Assembly: GCA_050298055.1 (NCBI GenBank)
Contig: JBNKTL010000004.1
Coordinates: 34,223-98,222 of the forward strand
Source: Spirochaetota bacterium
GTDB taxonomy: Bacteria; Spirochaetota; UBA4802; UBA5550
Reading direction: 5' to 3'
DNA: 64,000 nt
Position numbers and translations under genes: made by a program. Shown here one piece after another: positions 49,334 to 59,023 of this stretch. Position 1 is the first letter of the stretch. Each line of letters starts with the position of its first letter. The notes under the pieces were generated by a model, which was given only the letters and a program-made list of their open reading frames with translations, was not told the DNA's origin and did no database searches.

Positions 49334-52273
49334 ATGATGAAAATATCAAAAATATTAGAAGAAATTGGTATTTCAAAAGAGAATGATTATTTTTATCTCT
49401 TTAGTGATAATGAATGGAAGAAAAAAATACCTATAAGATTGCATAAAGGACTCATAGAAATAAATCCACATAGTTTTCTCCTTCATGAAAATAAAATTAT
49501 CGCTTTATTTTTCATCTTTACATCAAACGAAAATGTAAACATTAAAGTACTCTTTAAAAAAATCTGGAATTTGGGGGGGAGCCCGATAATTTTTATCATA
49601 TCTGAAGATGATTTAAAGATATATAATGGATTTTCATTTGATACAAAAGAATCTCGTTTTGATAAACTTAAAGTTGGAAACAAAGACGTAACAAGAGAAA
49701 ATATTAAAAGTCATCTATCTATTTGGGACATTATTTCCGGGAAAACATTTAAAAACCTAACAACAAAAAAAACGCAGGTTGATGAAAAATTATTAGAAAA
49801 CCTTGAAAATACAAAAGAAATCCTTATAAATAATGGATTAGATAATACTTATGCACAAAATATTATTGGCAGATTAATCTTTTCAAGATATTTACTCGAT
49901 AGAAGAGTAAAAATAAAATCAAAATATTTTACTGATAAAAAGAGTTTTCTTGAATTAATAAAAAATAAAGAATTGCTTTATGAATATTTTGATTATTTGA
50001 AGACAACTTTCAATGGGGACCTATTTCCTGTAAAGAAAAATGAAATTGATAAAGTAAATGGTCGACATCTCAAATATTTATATGAACTTTTTTCAGGAAG
50101 TTATATACATAATAATGGAATACAAAAGTCTCTATTCGAAATGTATGATTTCAATATTATTCCAATTGAATTAATATCAGAAGTTTATGAGCGATTTATT
50201 GGAAAAGAAAATCAAAAGACAAATGCCGCTTATTATACTCCATCATTTTTAGTTGACTACATACTTGAAAAAACTGTTAAGCTTCATTTGAATGGTAATA
50301 AAGCATGCAAAGTGCTTGATCCTTCATGTGGTTCGGGAATTTTCCTTGTTGAATCATTGAGGGCCATAATTGAAAATAACCTTGATAGACAGGGAAACAT
50401 ACAAAAAGAGAAATTAAAGCAACTTCTTATAGAAAATATATTTGGAATTGACATTGATGAAAACGCAATTAATTTAACAGTCTTTTCATTATGTTTAACA
50501 CTGCTCGATTATGTTGAACCAAAGGATATTACTAAATTCAAATTTCCTGAATTGTTAAACAAGAACCTTTTTACTGCTGACTTTTTTGATACTGAGCATT
50601 CATTTAATAAAACTATTAATAATTTAGACTTTATAATAGGGAATCCACCATGGGGGAGCAATAAAGAAGAACTTCATCTCCAATATATCAAATCAAAAAA
50701 TATTCCAATAAGTGATAAGCAAATTGCTCAAACGTTTACCATAAGGACAAAGGATTTTTCAAATAAAAAAACGAAGTGTACCTTGGTTCTACCAAGTTCA
50801 TCTATCCTGTACAACCTCAACGCAAAAGAATTCAGGTATTATTTATTAAATTCATTTTTTATTAAAGAGATTCTTGAACTATCACCGGTAAGAAATCAGA
50901 TCTTTTCAGGGGCGGTTGCGCCGACTTCAATTGTTTTCTATCAATATTCACATAATGTGAACATAGAAAATAATGTTGTATTGCATACCTCTGTTAAACC
51001 GAATATCTTTTTACAATATCTGAAATTAATTGTAATAGAAAAGAATGATATAAAACAAATCAAGCAGCATTACTTCATTAAGTATGATTATCTATGGAAA
51101 ATAATGCTTTATGGAAATGTTTTAGATTTTTATCTGATTAAAAGGCTTAAAGAGGAGCATGATAATCTTAATCAAGTTATAGAAAAAAGAAAACTTCTTT
51201 TTGGGCAAGGTTTTATTAAAGGAGATAAAAAAAGAAAATTTCACCCAAAACATTTACTTGGCAAAATATTCTTAGACATGAATAAGAAGCCATTATCAAA
51301 ATTTTACATAAAAAAAAGTGAATTGAGTGTTTATAATGACAAAAGTTTGATTTATCGGCGTGGCAAGTATGAAGGTAAAATATTTAAACCACCATATGTT
51401 TTATTAAAAAAAGGGTTTTCTAAGCAAAATTTTTCAATTGTATCTGCTTATACTGAAAATGAGTTTGTTTTTACTGATTCGATTACAGCAATAAAAGGGA
51501 AGGCGGATGATGGGTCACTGTTGAAGAATATTTGTGGCTGTTTAAATTCATCATTGTCCAGTTATCATTTTTTATTACAAGGTTCATCTGCTGGAATTGA
51601 AAGAGAGCAAGGTCATAATAAAGATGATAGATTTACTCTACCTATTATAATAAACAATAAAATCAGTAGCAAAGTTGATATAATACAAAACCTCTATAAA
51701 CAGTTGTATTCAGAGATAATGTATAATTATAAAATAGAATCACTTATTGAATCTGAACAAAAAAAATTAAATGAATTAATATTAAAATCATTTAAATTTT
51801 CAGATTTGGAAAAATCATTAATAGATTATGCAATTCGAATTACCATACCGCAGATAAATAACAAACCGGAACCGTTAGAAAGAACATCATCCGAACAATT
51901 ACACAAATATGCAGAAATATTTTTAGACCACTTTGCTTCGAGATGGAATGGGAATCCAAATTATTTTGCCATAGATATTTATTATGATAATAATATTGTT
52001 GGAATGAACTTCAAAGTATTAGATTCTAAACCTGATAATAAGGTGAAAATATATTCTGATAAAAAGGTTGAAGAACTATTTCAGCTAATAAAACTAGGAG
52101 AAGAAAAAATTACCGATGTTTTTTATAAGCAGAGAGATATCCGTGGTTTTAATGAGTTGTCTTTTTATGTGATAAAAGCTAACCAGTATAAAAATTGGCA
52201 CCATGCAGTAGCTCATGGTGATTTGCTTGAATTTGTTGAAGCTATGCTCCAAGCAGAAAAAGAAATTCCATAG
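49334..52273 (+). CDS. Large N6-adenine DNA methyltransferase with TRD (Type IIG / Eco57I-like architecture)
   Basis: FNGDLF, IPIELISEVYE, YYTP, VLDPSCGSGIFL, FIIGNPPW; strongly AT-rich. Confidence 0.9.
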   Translation: MMKISKILEEIGISKENDYFYLFSDNEWKKKIPIRLHKGLIEINPHSFLLHENKIIALFFIFTSNENVNIKVLFKKIWNLGGSPIIFIISEDDLKIYNGFSFDTKESRFDKLKVGNKDVTRENIKSHLSIWDIISGKTFKNLTTKKTQVDEKLLENLENTKEILINNGLDNTYAQNIIGRLIFSRYLLDRRVKIKSKYFTDKKSFLELIKNKELLYEYFDYLKTTFNGDLFPVKKNEIDKVNGRHLKYLYELFSGSYIHNNGIQKSLFEMYDFNIIPIELISEVYERFIGKENQKTNAAYYTPSFLVDYILEKTVKLHLNGNKACKVLDPSCGSGIFLVESLRAIIENNLDRQGNIQKEKLKQLLIENIFGIDIDENAINLTVFSLCLTLLDYVEPKDITKFKFPELLNKNLFTADFFDTEHSFNKTINNLDFIIGNPPWGSNKEELHLQYIKSKNIPISDKQIAQTFTIRTKDFSNKKTKCTLVLPSSSILYNLNAKEFRYYLLNSFFIKEILELSPVRNQIFSGAVAPTSIVFYQYSHNVNIENNVVLHTSVKPNIFLQYLKLIVIEKNDIKQIKQHYFIKYDYLWKIMLYGNVLDFYLIKRLKEEHDNLNQVIEKRKLLFGQGFIKGDKKRKFHPKHLLGKIFLDMNKKPLSKFYIKKSELSVYNDKSLIYRRGKYEGKIFKPPYVLLKKGFSKQNFSIVSAYTENEFVFTDSITAIKGKADDGSLLKNICGCLNSSLSSYHFLLQGSSAGIEREQGHNKDDRFTLPIIINNKISSKVDIIQNLYKQLYSEIMYNYKIESLIESEQKKLNELILKSFKFSDLEKSLIDYAIRITIPQINNKPEPLERTSSEQLHKYAEIFLDHFASRWNGNPNYFAIDIYYDNNIVGMNFKVLDSKPDNKVKIYSDKKVEELFQLIKLGEEKITDVFYKQRDIRGFNELSFYVIKANQYKNWHHAVAHGDLLEFVEAMLQAEKEIP

Positions 52274-52283
52274 AAAAAGTAAT

Positions 52284-52907
52284 ATGGACGCATCTGTTTT
52301 TAAACATAGTTTTGGCTCTCATCTTGATTACATTAAGATAGCATATGTTTTTTTGATTGAGGCATATGAGGATTTGATTAGAAATAACTACATTGCTAAT
52401 AATGAAAATAGAATTCGTGATGATTTAGTAAAAATTGCTAAATTAAAAAAGAATACAAAATTTCCTTTTCGTTGGATTACGGAATTTCCTGATATTAAAA
52501 GAAATAATAGAATTGATATTGATTTAGCTACTCCGCAAAGCTTACTAGATGATTCAAGTGCAATTAAAATTGAATGTAAAGTTGTTGGAGTAAACGAATA
52601 TATTGATTCAAAAAAAACATTCAAGAGAATAAATAGTCCAACGAATGGTATTATGAGTTTTATTTCTGGAAAATATTCACCTAAGATGCCTTTAGCAGGA
52701 ATGATCGGGTTTGTTAAAGAAGGTGATATCAGTGTTAAAATTGATCGTATTAAAAAGAAACTTCAAGAACATCAAGATATAGTAACAATTCAAAATTTAA
52801 CACACTTTACAATTTGTAGTAATTTTAAATATAGTTATCATTCAAAACACAAAAGATCTAATCTGAAAGACATTTCAATCTATCATTTGTTATTTGATTT
52901 TTCGTAA
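52284..52907 (+). CDS. Small PD-(D/E)XK-like putative nuclease
   Basis: E..I, RIDI...IKIECK, GIMSFISGKY, AGMIGFV; starts 10 nt after the MTase stop. Confidence 0.6.
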   Translation: MDASVFKHSFGSHLDYIKIAYVFLIEAYEDLIRNNYIANNENRIRDDLVKIAKLKKNTKFPFRWITEFPDIKRNNRIDIDLATPQSLLDDSSAIKIECKVVGVNEYIDSKKTFKRINSPTNGIMSFISGKYSPKMPLAGMIGFVKEGDISVKIDRIKKKLQEHQDIVTIQNLTHFTICSNFKYSYHSKHKRSNLKDISIYHLLFDFS

Positions 52908-52978
52908 GAATGAATAGGCATCTATAATTAAACAAGTATATTTGAATTATTGTATTGTTGATATCATATGGTAAATTA

Positions 52979-53980
52979 ATGCTTCACATTAAACCGGATT
53001 TTCTCGACTGGACCCTCGTAAGACAGGGGTTCTCCCTCTCTCTCGCAAGGCAGGTCCCCCTGACCCTGGAGGGAGCGGTCTCCTGGCTTGAGGAGAATCC
53101 CTTTTATAAAAACATCCTTAACGATATCTCCCGGGCCGCGGACGCAATGGGTGCCGGTTCCCCGGAGGTTTCCGGGAATGATATTATTTTCACTCCTTCC
53201 GGAATATCCGGAGGGAGTTTTTCCCTGGATACTCACCGGGAATCCGCCCTTTCAGAGACGGTGCTTTTTGCCGCCCCTTTTTTATTCGGCAGGAAACAGA
53301 GGACCCTCCTTCACCTGAAAGGTGTCACCCATCCCCTTGTTTCATTTTCAACAAACCAGCTCCAGGAGACCCTCTTTTCCCTTCTGGAACTTCAGGGTTT
53401 TTACGCGGGAGCGGTTTTAAAGCGGTATGGTTTTCACGGATCCGGTGAGGGAGAGGCAGAGGTGCGGATCTATCCCGGGGAAAAGACCGGTTTCACCTTT
53501 AATCCCCGTATTGATTCATGGGAAACACGGGACGGGGGCATTGTCTTTTCCGGGCCCTATATGAAGGATGCCGGGGATATCCGGGAGGTTCTTTCCCATG
53601 AAAAGGGCCTTGATGAGAGCAGGGTGAGGATCCTGGAGGTGCAGAATTCAGCGGGAGAGGGGTTCTATCTTTTTATTGTTCTCAATATTAAGCTTTCCGA
53701 AACCGGGAAAGAAATTCCCCTTGTTCTCTCCGGCGCGGTGGATACCCGCAGGGGGAGGGACAATTTTGAGGATGAGTGTTACAGGACACTGACCCGGCTG
53801 AAAAATTCGGTGCGGGCCATGGATGAAGAGAGACTCCTTCCCGCGGAACTGGTCCGTGAGATCATGCCCTACTCATTATTTACCGAAGGGATTGTTCCTG
53901 AAAAAATTCTCGAGGTTTATCAAGATAGTTCAGAAATTCAGGCTACTGCGGAACTGGTAAAGAGATTTCATTTGTTTTGA
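52979..53980 (+). CDS. Divergent RNA 3'-terminal phosphate cyclase (RtcA)-like protein
   Basis: IIFTP..I.GG.F..D, L.LKGVTH, LKRYGFHGSGEGE; catalytic His motif not seen. Confidence 0.65.
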   Translation: MLHIKPDFLDWTLVRQGFSLSLARQVPLTLEGAVSWLEENPFYKNILNDISRAADAMGAGSPEVSGNDIIFTPSGISGGSFSLDTHRESALSETVLFAAPFLFGRKQRTLLHLKGVTHPLVSFSTNQLQETLFSLLELQGFYAGAVLKRYGFHGSGEGEAEVRIYPGEKTGFTFNPRIDSWETRDGGIVFSGPYMKDAGDIREVLSHEKGLDESRVRILEVQNSAGEGFYLFIVLNIKLSETGKEIPLVLSGAVDTRRGRDNFEDECYRTLTRLKNSVRAMDEERLLPAELVREIMPYSLFTEGIVPEKILEVYQDSSEIQATAELVKRFHLF

Positions 53981-54034
53981 CAATAATGTTTGCTCTCCCC
54001 TGCAGAGGAATTTTTTAAAAGTGAGGATAAGAGG

Positions 54035-54919
54035 ATGAAAGATCCGAAAGAAGTTTTTGTTAAGCTGTTTTCCTTCCTGGTCTCCACCGATGAGGACCGG
54101 GAGCTTCTTAATGCCATGGCATCATACGTGTGCCATATTGAGACAGGGGACCGCGAATATCGTGTGGTCCTGAACACGCCCGGCAAGTGGTACCTCCTGC
54201 ACGCGTATCCGCCCCGGGACTCCGACCTGAAACCATCAATGCCCGGGGACTACCTCAAAATTATGCGTCACCATTCAGACCTGATGCTGTCGTTATGCTT
54301 TATGGCCAGTGATGTTGCCACAACACTGGAGAAGCAGGTTGCCGAGGATATTGGTGTCTCTTTCTGGTTTCCCGATTGGTGCGATCCCTATGACTGGTTA
54401 CGTACTCTTGTACAGGATTCTCCTGTGGCCGGTGACGAGGAGATTGATGCAATTGATTTTGTTCTTGGTTTTTCTTTTGGTTGTTACTTCCTGACAGGCT
54501 CTGACCAGGAAGACCGCCGAATGGTCTTTGTGGACCGCGATTCTCCTCTTCAGGGACTTGACGAGCTCTTCGGTAAAACGCAGGAGTCCGGAGAGGGGAA
54601 AGGATCCTCAGAGTACTCCCGTTTTGCCCGAATGGAAGTTGGTTCCCTGTATCTGAAACTTGCCTATCGGTTCGTTGTGGAAAGCATAAAAATTTATAAG
54701 GTTAAACTGGTGTCCGGGGGGAGCCGAAAGTCAGATACCATCAGTGGACTGAGCTCTCTGATGGGGATCAACCTGGAGGAAGCCCGGGACCTTGTGGAAC
54801 GTTCGCCTGTTATCATAAAAGAGGGGATTGAGACCATGGATGCGGCCAGAGAACTCGTGGAAAAACTTGAGGAACTGGGGGCAGTGGCTACGATGAGTGA
54901 TGAGAAAAAATTTCCCTGA
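54035..54919 (+). CDS. Acidic protein with a C-terminal ribosomal L7/L12 CTD-like domain
   Basis: YKVKLVS.GSRK...GINLEEARDLVE.SPVIIKEG....A..L...LEELGA. Confidence 0.7.
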   Translation: MKDPKEVFVKLFSFLVSTDEDRELLNAMASYVCHIETGDREYRVVLNTPGKWYLLHAYPPRDSDLKPSMPGDYLKIMRHHSDLMLSLCFMASDVATTLEKQVAEDIGVSFWFPDWCDPYDWLRTLVQDSPVAGDEEIDAIDFVLGFSFGCYFLTGSDQEDRRMVFVDRDSPLQGLDELFGKTQESGEGKGSSEYSRFARMEVGSLYLKLAYRFVVESIKIYKVKLVSGGSRKSDTISGLSSLMGINLEEARDLVERSPVIIKEGIETMDAARELVEKLEELGAVATMSDEKKFP

Positions 54920-56133
54920 TGAATTCATTAAAGATTGTCTTTATAATACTTCTCCTGTTAACCTGTCATTCATGTAAAAAGGACTCTCACCTCTCGCCGA
55001 AAGAGCTGCTGGGGAAAAAACTTTTTTTTGATGAGAACCTGTCATCGCCTCCCGGGCAATCGTGTGCAACCTGCCATGACAGGAAAGGAGGATGGGCCGG
55101 ACCAGATTCAAAAATCAACAGGGAAACCGGCATATACCCGGGGGCCCTGAAACCAAGATTTGGAAGACGCAAACCCCCTGCAGCGGCATATTCCGGGTTC
55201 AGCCCTCCACTCCACATTGACAAAGAAGGAAATTTTATCGGAGGCCTTTTCTGGGATGGCAGAGCCACAGGCTGGGAGACAGGAGACCCCCTGGCAGAAC
55301 AGGCCATGGCCCCCTTTTTAAATCCACTGGAACAAAATCTTGCAAACAAAGAGGAAGTCATTAAAAGAGTGATTGCATCAGATTATGCTGATCTTTTTGA
55401 AAAGGTATGGGGAAAAGGCGCACTTTCTCTTAAGGAGATTGATAAAACATATATATTCATTGTTCGATCCATTGCCTCATATGAACGGTCCATTGAATTG
55501 AATCCCTTTAATTCCAAATTTGATGACTTCTGGAAAAAGACCGTAAAGGCCGGCCTGGATGTAGAGAAAATTGATGCAGAGAATCAAAACACCTTCCGTG
55601 GCCTTGGTCTCGGTGAAAGAGAACTGAAAGGTCTTGTCATATTTAATACAAAGGGTAAATGTTCTCAATGTCATGTCTTAACCTCTGATGGTACACCGCC
55701 ACTCTTTACTGATTTCACATATGACAATCTCGGTGTACCACGGAATCCGAGGAATCCATTTTACAGGCAGGATAAAAAAATCAATCCCCTGGGGATAAAG
55801 TGGACAGATCCGGGCCTGGGTGAATTTCTAAAAACCGTACCAAAATTCAGGAAATACGCCCGCCGGAACCTGGGCAAACACAGGGTACCAACTCTGCGCA
55901 ATGTTGACATGAAGGAATCGGATAGATTTAACAAGTCCTTTATGCACAATGGCGTCTTCACCACCTTAAAGGAAGTTCTTGATTTTTACAACACCCGGGA
56001 TATTGCTGAAAAAAACTGGCCGAAACCTGAAGTAAAAGAAAATGTCAATACGGATGAATTGGGAAATCTGAAATTGACTGATGCAGAGATTGATGATGTG
56101 CTGATATTTCTTAAAACACTCTCCGATGGATAA
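54919..56133 (+). CDS. Di-haem cytochrome c peroxidase / MauG-family lipoprotein
   Basis: LGKKLFFD..LS, CATCH, FWDGRA, CSQCH, VPTLRNV, FMHNG. Confidence 0.93.
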   Translation: MNSLKIVFIILLLLTCHSCKKDSHLSPKELLGKKLFFDENLSSPPGQSCATCHDRKGGWAGPDSKINRETGIYPGALKPRFGRRKPPAAAYSGFSPPLHIDKEGNFIGGLFWDGRATGWETGDPLAEQAMAPFLNPLEQNLANKEEVIKRVIASDYADLFEKVWGKGALSLKEIDKTYIFIVRSIASYERSIELNPFNSKFDDFWKKTVKAGLDVEKIDAENQNTFRGLGLGERELKGLVIFNTKGKCSQCHVLTSDGTPPLFTDFTYDNLGVPRNPRNPFYRQDKKINPLGIKWTDPGLGEFLKTVPKFRKYARRNLGKHRVPTLRNVDMKESDRFNKSFMHNGVFTTLKEVLDFYNTRDIAEKNWPKPEVKENVNTDELGNLKLTDAEIDDVLIFLKTLSDG

Positions 56134-56159
56134 ATTTTAAGCAGAGATTTAAAATTATC

Positions 56160-56438
56160 TTAAAAAATACCCGCCTTTTTCAGTTCTTCTTCGGAGAGTT
56201 CGGTTATATCAATGATGTCTTCCAGGGAGAATCCCTTCTCATGCATCTTTCGGGCATCTTTAAGCCTGCCTTCAAGAATTCCTTCTAATTTCCCTTCAGT
56301 TATACCTTCCCGTTTTCCCTGTTCTGTCAATCTTTGAGCTAATGACGGCATAATTTTACCTCCCGGGATTTCCTTTTCATCTATTATGTCGGCCAGTTTT
56401 TCAAAACTGATGCCCTTTACATGCATTATGTAGGTCAT
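56160..56438 (-). pseudogene. C-terminal fragment of an Rpn/YhgA-like protein
   Basis: MPSLAQRL..QG..EG..EG..EG..EG...ARKM...G.....I..IT.LS.EEL; no nuclease domain. Confidence 0.7.
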
Positions 56439-56622
56439 ATCCTCGCCGGTTTCGGCATGCGGTTTTAATGATGAGTTGAGTTTAACCTGTCAGGCAACAT
56501 CTTAATAGCCCAAAAAAAGCAAAATATTTCGAGAATATTCTTGATGACATTACCCTTCTGAGAAAAATGGAATTGCAGATAATAATAAAAAAGAAACAGG
56601 ATGTTATTAAAAAGGGTATTCC

Positions 56623-58296
56623 ATGTTTGACTATATTGTAATAGGTTCAGGTTTTGGGGGAAGTGTTTCCGCCATGCGGCTTTCTCAAAAGGGTTATAAG
56701 GTCCTTGTCATAGAAGCGGGAAAAAAATGGGAGGATGATGACTTTGCTGACCGGAACTGGAATTTAAGAAAATACCTGTGGATGCCAAAAATCGGTTTTT
56801 ACGGAATCCAGCGAATGAATTTACTCAAGGATGTATTAATACTGGGAGGATCAGGTGTCGGCGGGGGAAGTCTTAATTATGCCAATACATTATATGTCCC
56901 GGAAAAAAATTTTTTTAAAAAAGACAGCATTAAAAGACTGGAAAAGAAAAGGCCGCTTATTCCCTATTATGACCTTGCAAAAAAAATGCTTGGCTGTACG
57001 GAAAATCCCTGCGAGACCGAACCTGACAGAATATTCAGAGAAGTCGCAGAGGAATATGGAAGAGAGGAGAGCTATACTCCAACCTCAGTTGCGGTATATT
57101 TCGGAGAAGAGGGGAAAAACAATCCTGACCCCTATTTCATGGGAGAAGGGCCTGGGCGCACAGGATGTGAGCTATGCGGAGCCTGCATGACCGGCTGCAA
57201 AAAGAACGCAAAGAACACACTTGTAAAAAATTATCTCTACTTTGCGCAGAAATTCGGCACTGAGATAATCCCGGAGCGGAAGGTTATTGATATTGTTCCC
57301 CTTTCCGAAGAGGGAGATGATGGATATGAGGTGACAACTGTCCGCACCACCGGCCTTTTCGGGGCCTTTCATCGGGAAACATTTAAAACCAAAGGAGTGG
57401 TTTTTTCAGCCGGAACCCTTGGTACTCTTTCCCTTTTATTGAAATTAAAACAAACAGGAAGACTTCCAAAGCTGCCTGATACAATCGGCAAAGAGGTCCG
57501 TACAAATAGCGAAGTCATTGCCGCGGCACGGTCCAAGAGAAGAAAAGCAGATTTCTCAAAGGGGGTGGCAATAACATCAAGTGTCTATCCCGATGAAAAA
57601 ACCCATATTGAACCGGCCCGATATGGACGGGGCAATGATATTATGGCATTTTTAAATGTCCTGATGACCGATGGGGGAGGTAAAATTCCCCGGCAGCTGC
57701 GTTATCTCGGAAACATTATAAAGCACCCTCTGCTTTTCCTCCGGACTCTTAATCCTTTTGGCTATGCTCATCAGGCAATTTTCATCCTTGCCATGCAGAC
57801 CCATGATAATTACATTGACATCCTGCGTAAACGGCGCATCCTCTGGCCCTTCAGCAAATCACTTACCAATGTCCAGGCCACTGAAAAGAAAAATCCTGCA
57901 TATATCCCCATCGCAAATGATTTTACCCGAAGAGTCGCCAGACGGATAAATGGATTTGCTGCAAATGCAATAACCGAGGTGTATATGAACGCTCCGATTA
58001 CAGCCCATATTATGGGAGGCTGTTCAATAGGCCGTACATCTGAATCGGGAGTAATTGATGAGCAAAACAGGATAAAGGGTTATCATAACTTTCTGGTCAA
58101 TGACGGTTCCCAGATACCTGAAAATCTTGGTGTAAACCCCGCACTTTCAATTACTGCATTCTCTGAGCGTGCAATGTCCTTTATTCCGGTAAAACCGGGA
58201 GAAAAAATCAAATTATTGAAAGTTGAAAAAAAATGGAAGATCAAGGACATTATAAATCCTCCAAAGAATACCTCAAAGTCAAAACAGAAAGGCTGA
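56623..58296 (+). CDS. choD: GMC oxidoreductase, cholesterol oxidase (ChoD)-like
   Basis: VIGSGFGGSVSAMRL, GVGGGSLNYANTLY, CELCGACMTGC, TAHIMGG, NLGVNPALSITA. Confidence 0.85.
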   Translation: MFDYIVIGSGFGGSVSAMRLSQKGYKVLVIEAGKKWEDDDFADRNWNLRKYLWMPKIGFYGIQRMNLLKDVLILGGSGVGGGSLNYANTLYVPEKNFFKKDSIKRLEKKRPLIPYYDLAKKMLGCTENPCETEPDRIFREVAEEYGREESYTPTSVAVYFGEEGKNNPDPYFMGEGPGRTGCELCGACMTGCKKNAKNTLVKNYLYFAQKFGTEIIPERKVIDIVPLSEEGDDGYEVTTVRTTGLFGAFHRETFKTKGVVFSAGTLGTLSLLLKLKQTGRLPKLPDTIGKEVRTNSEVIAAARSKRRKADFSKGVAITSSVYPDEKTHIEPARYGRGNDIMAFLNVLMTDGGGKIPRQLRYLGNIIKHPLLFLRTLNPFGYAHQAIFILAMQTHDNYIDILRKRRILWPFSKSLTNVQATEKKNPAYIPIANDFTRRVARRINGFAANAITEVYMNAPITAHIMGGCSIGRTSESGVIDEQNRIKGYHNFLVNDGSQIPENLGVNPALSITAFSERAMSFIPVKPGEKIKLLKVEKKWKIKDIINPPKNTSKSKQKG

Positions 58297-58319
58297 TTTA
58301 TGAAATAAAATTATTTCCA

Positions 58320-58569
58320 TGGTTGGATATGAAATTCCCCAGGCTGTAGAAGATATAAGCTGCCCTGCCGTCTTTCCCTGCGATTTTCTCCACCGGTTGA
58401 AGGATATGGGGATGGTGCCTGATGACCAGGTCCACACCTGTTTGAGGATAAGTGTTACAGGACTCTGATCCGGTTGAACAATTCAGTACGGGCTATGGAT
58501 AAAGAGAGCCTCCTTTCCGTGGAACTGGTCCGTGAGATCGAGGCCACGGCGGAACTGGTTAAAACGATT
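58320..58569. pseudogene. Chimeric scar: capA internal fragment joined to rtcA-like 3' fragments
   Basis: 58320-58440 matches 59400-59520 (5 mismatches in 121); 58441-58539 matches 53765-53863 (12 in 99); 58540-58569 matches 53939-53968. Confidence 0.9.
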
Positions 58570-59023
58570 ATATAGAACTATGTGTGCATATGTTCAGAAA
58601 ATAAGAAAAAACCGTCATAACGAGAATAATAGTAAGGTTTTAATTTAAATCCCATATGTATCACTTATTATAAGCACTATAATTGCTAATATATACAATA
58701 CATAATATATGTCAAATAATTTATAAAATGTTTAAAAATAGTTGAGTTTTTCCCGCTGGTAACGGTAATCCCACACGTATTTTTCTCCCGGCAGGCATGT
58801 CGTCATTATCTAGAGCCTCAACGAAGATGCCGGGGGGCTTTATGAAAAAGTATCTGTGTATATCAGGGATTTTTTTCCTTATTACGTTCGTATCAGCGGA
58901 AAGTCTAAAATAAAAAAATAGATGACATTCCCAAAGTAACACCGTATCCTTTTCTGAAAAGGTCCTGAGAACTTTTTTTTGTGTATTGTTTTACTAAACA
59001 GTCAGGTGAAAAGAAGTACCGGA

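Noticed and set aside
58842..58913. Tiny ORF MKKYLCISGIFFLITFVSAESLK
   Set aside because: Looks like an isolated signal-peptide remnant; too short to support.
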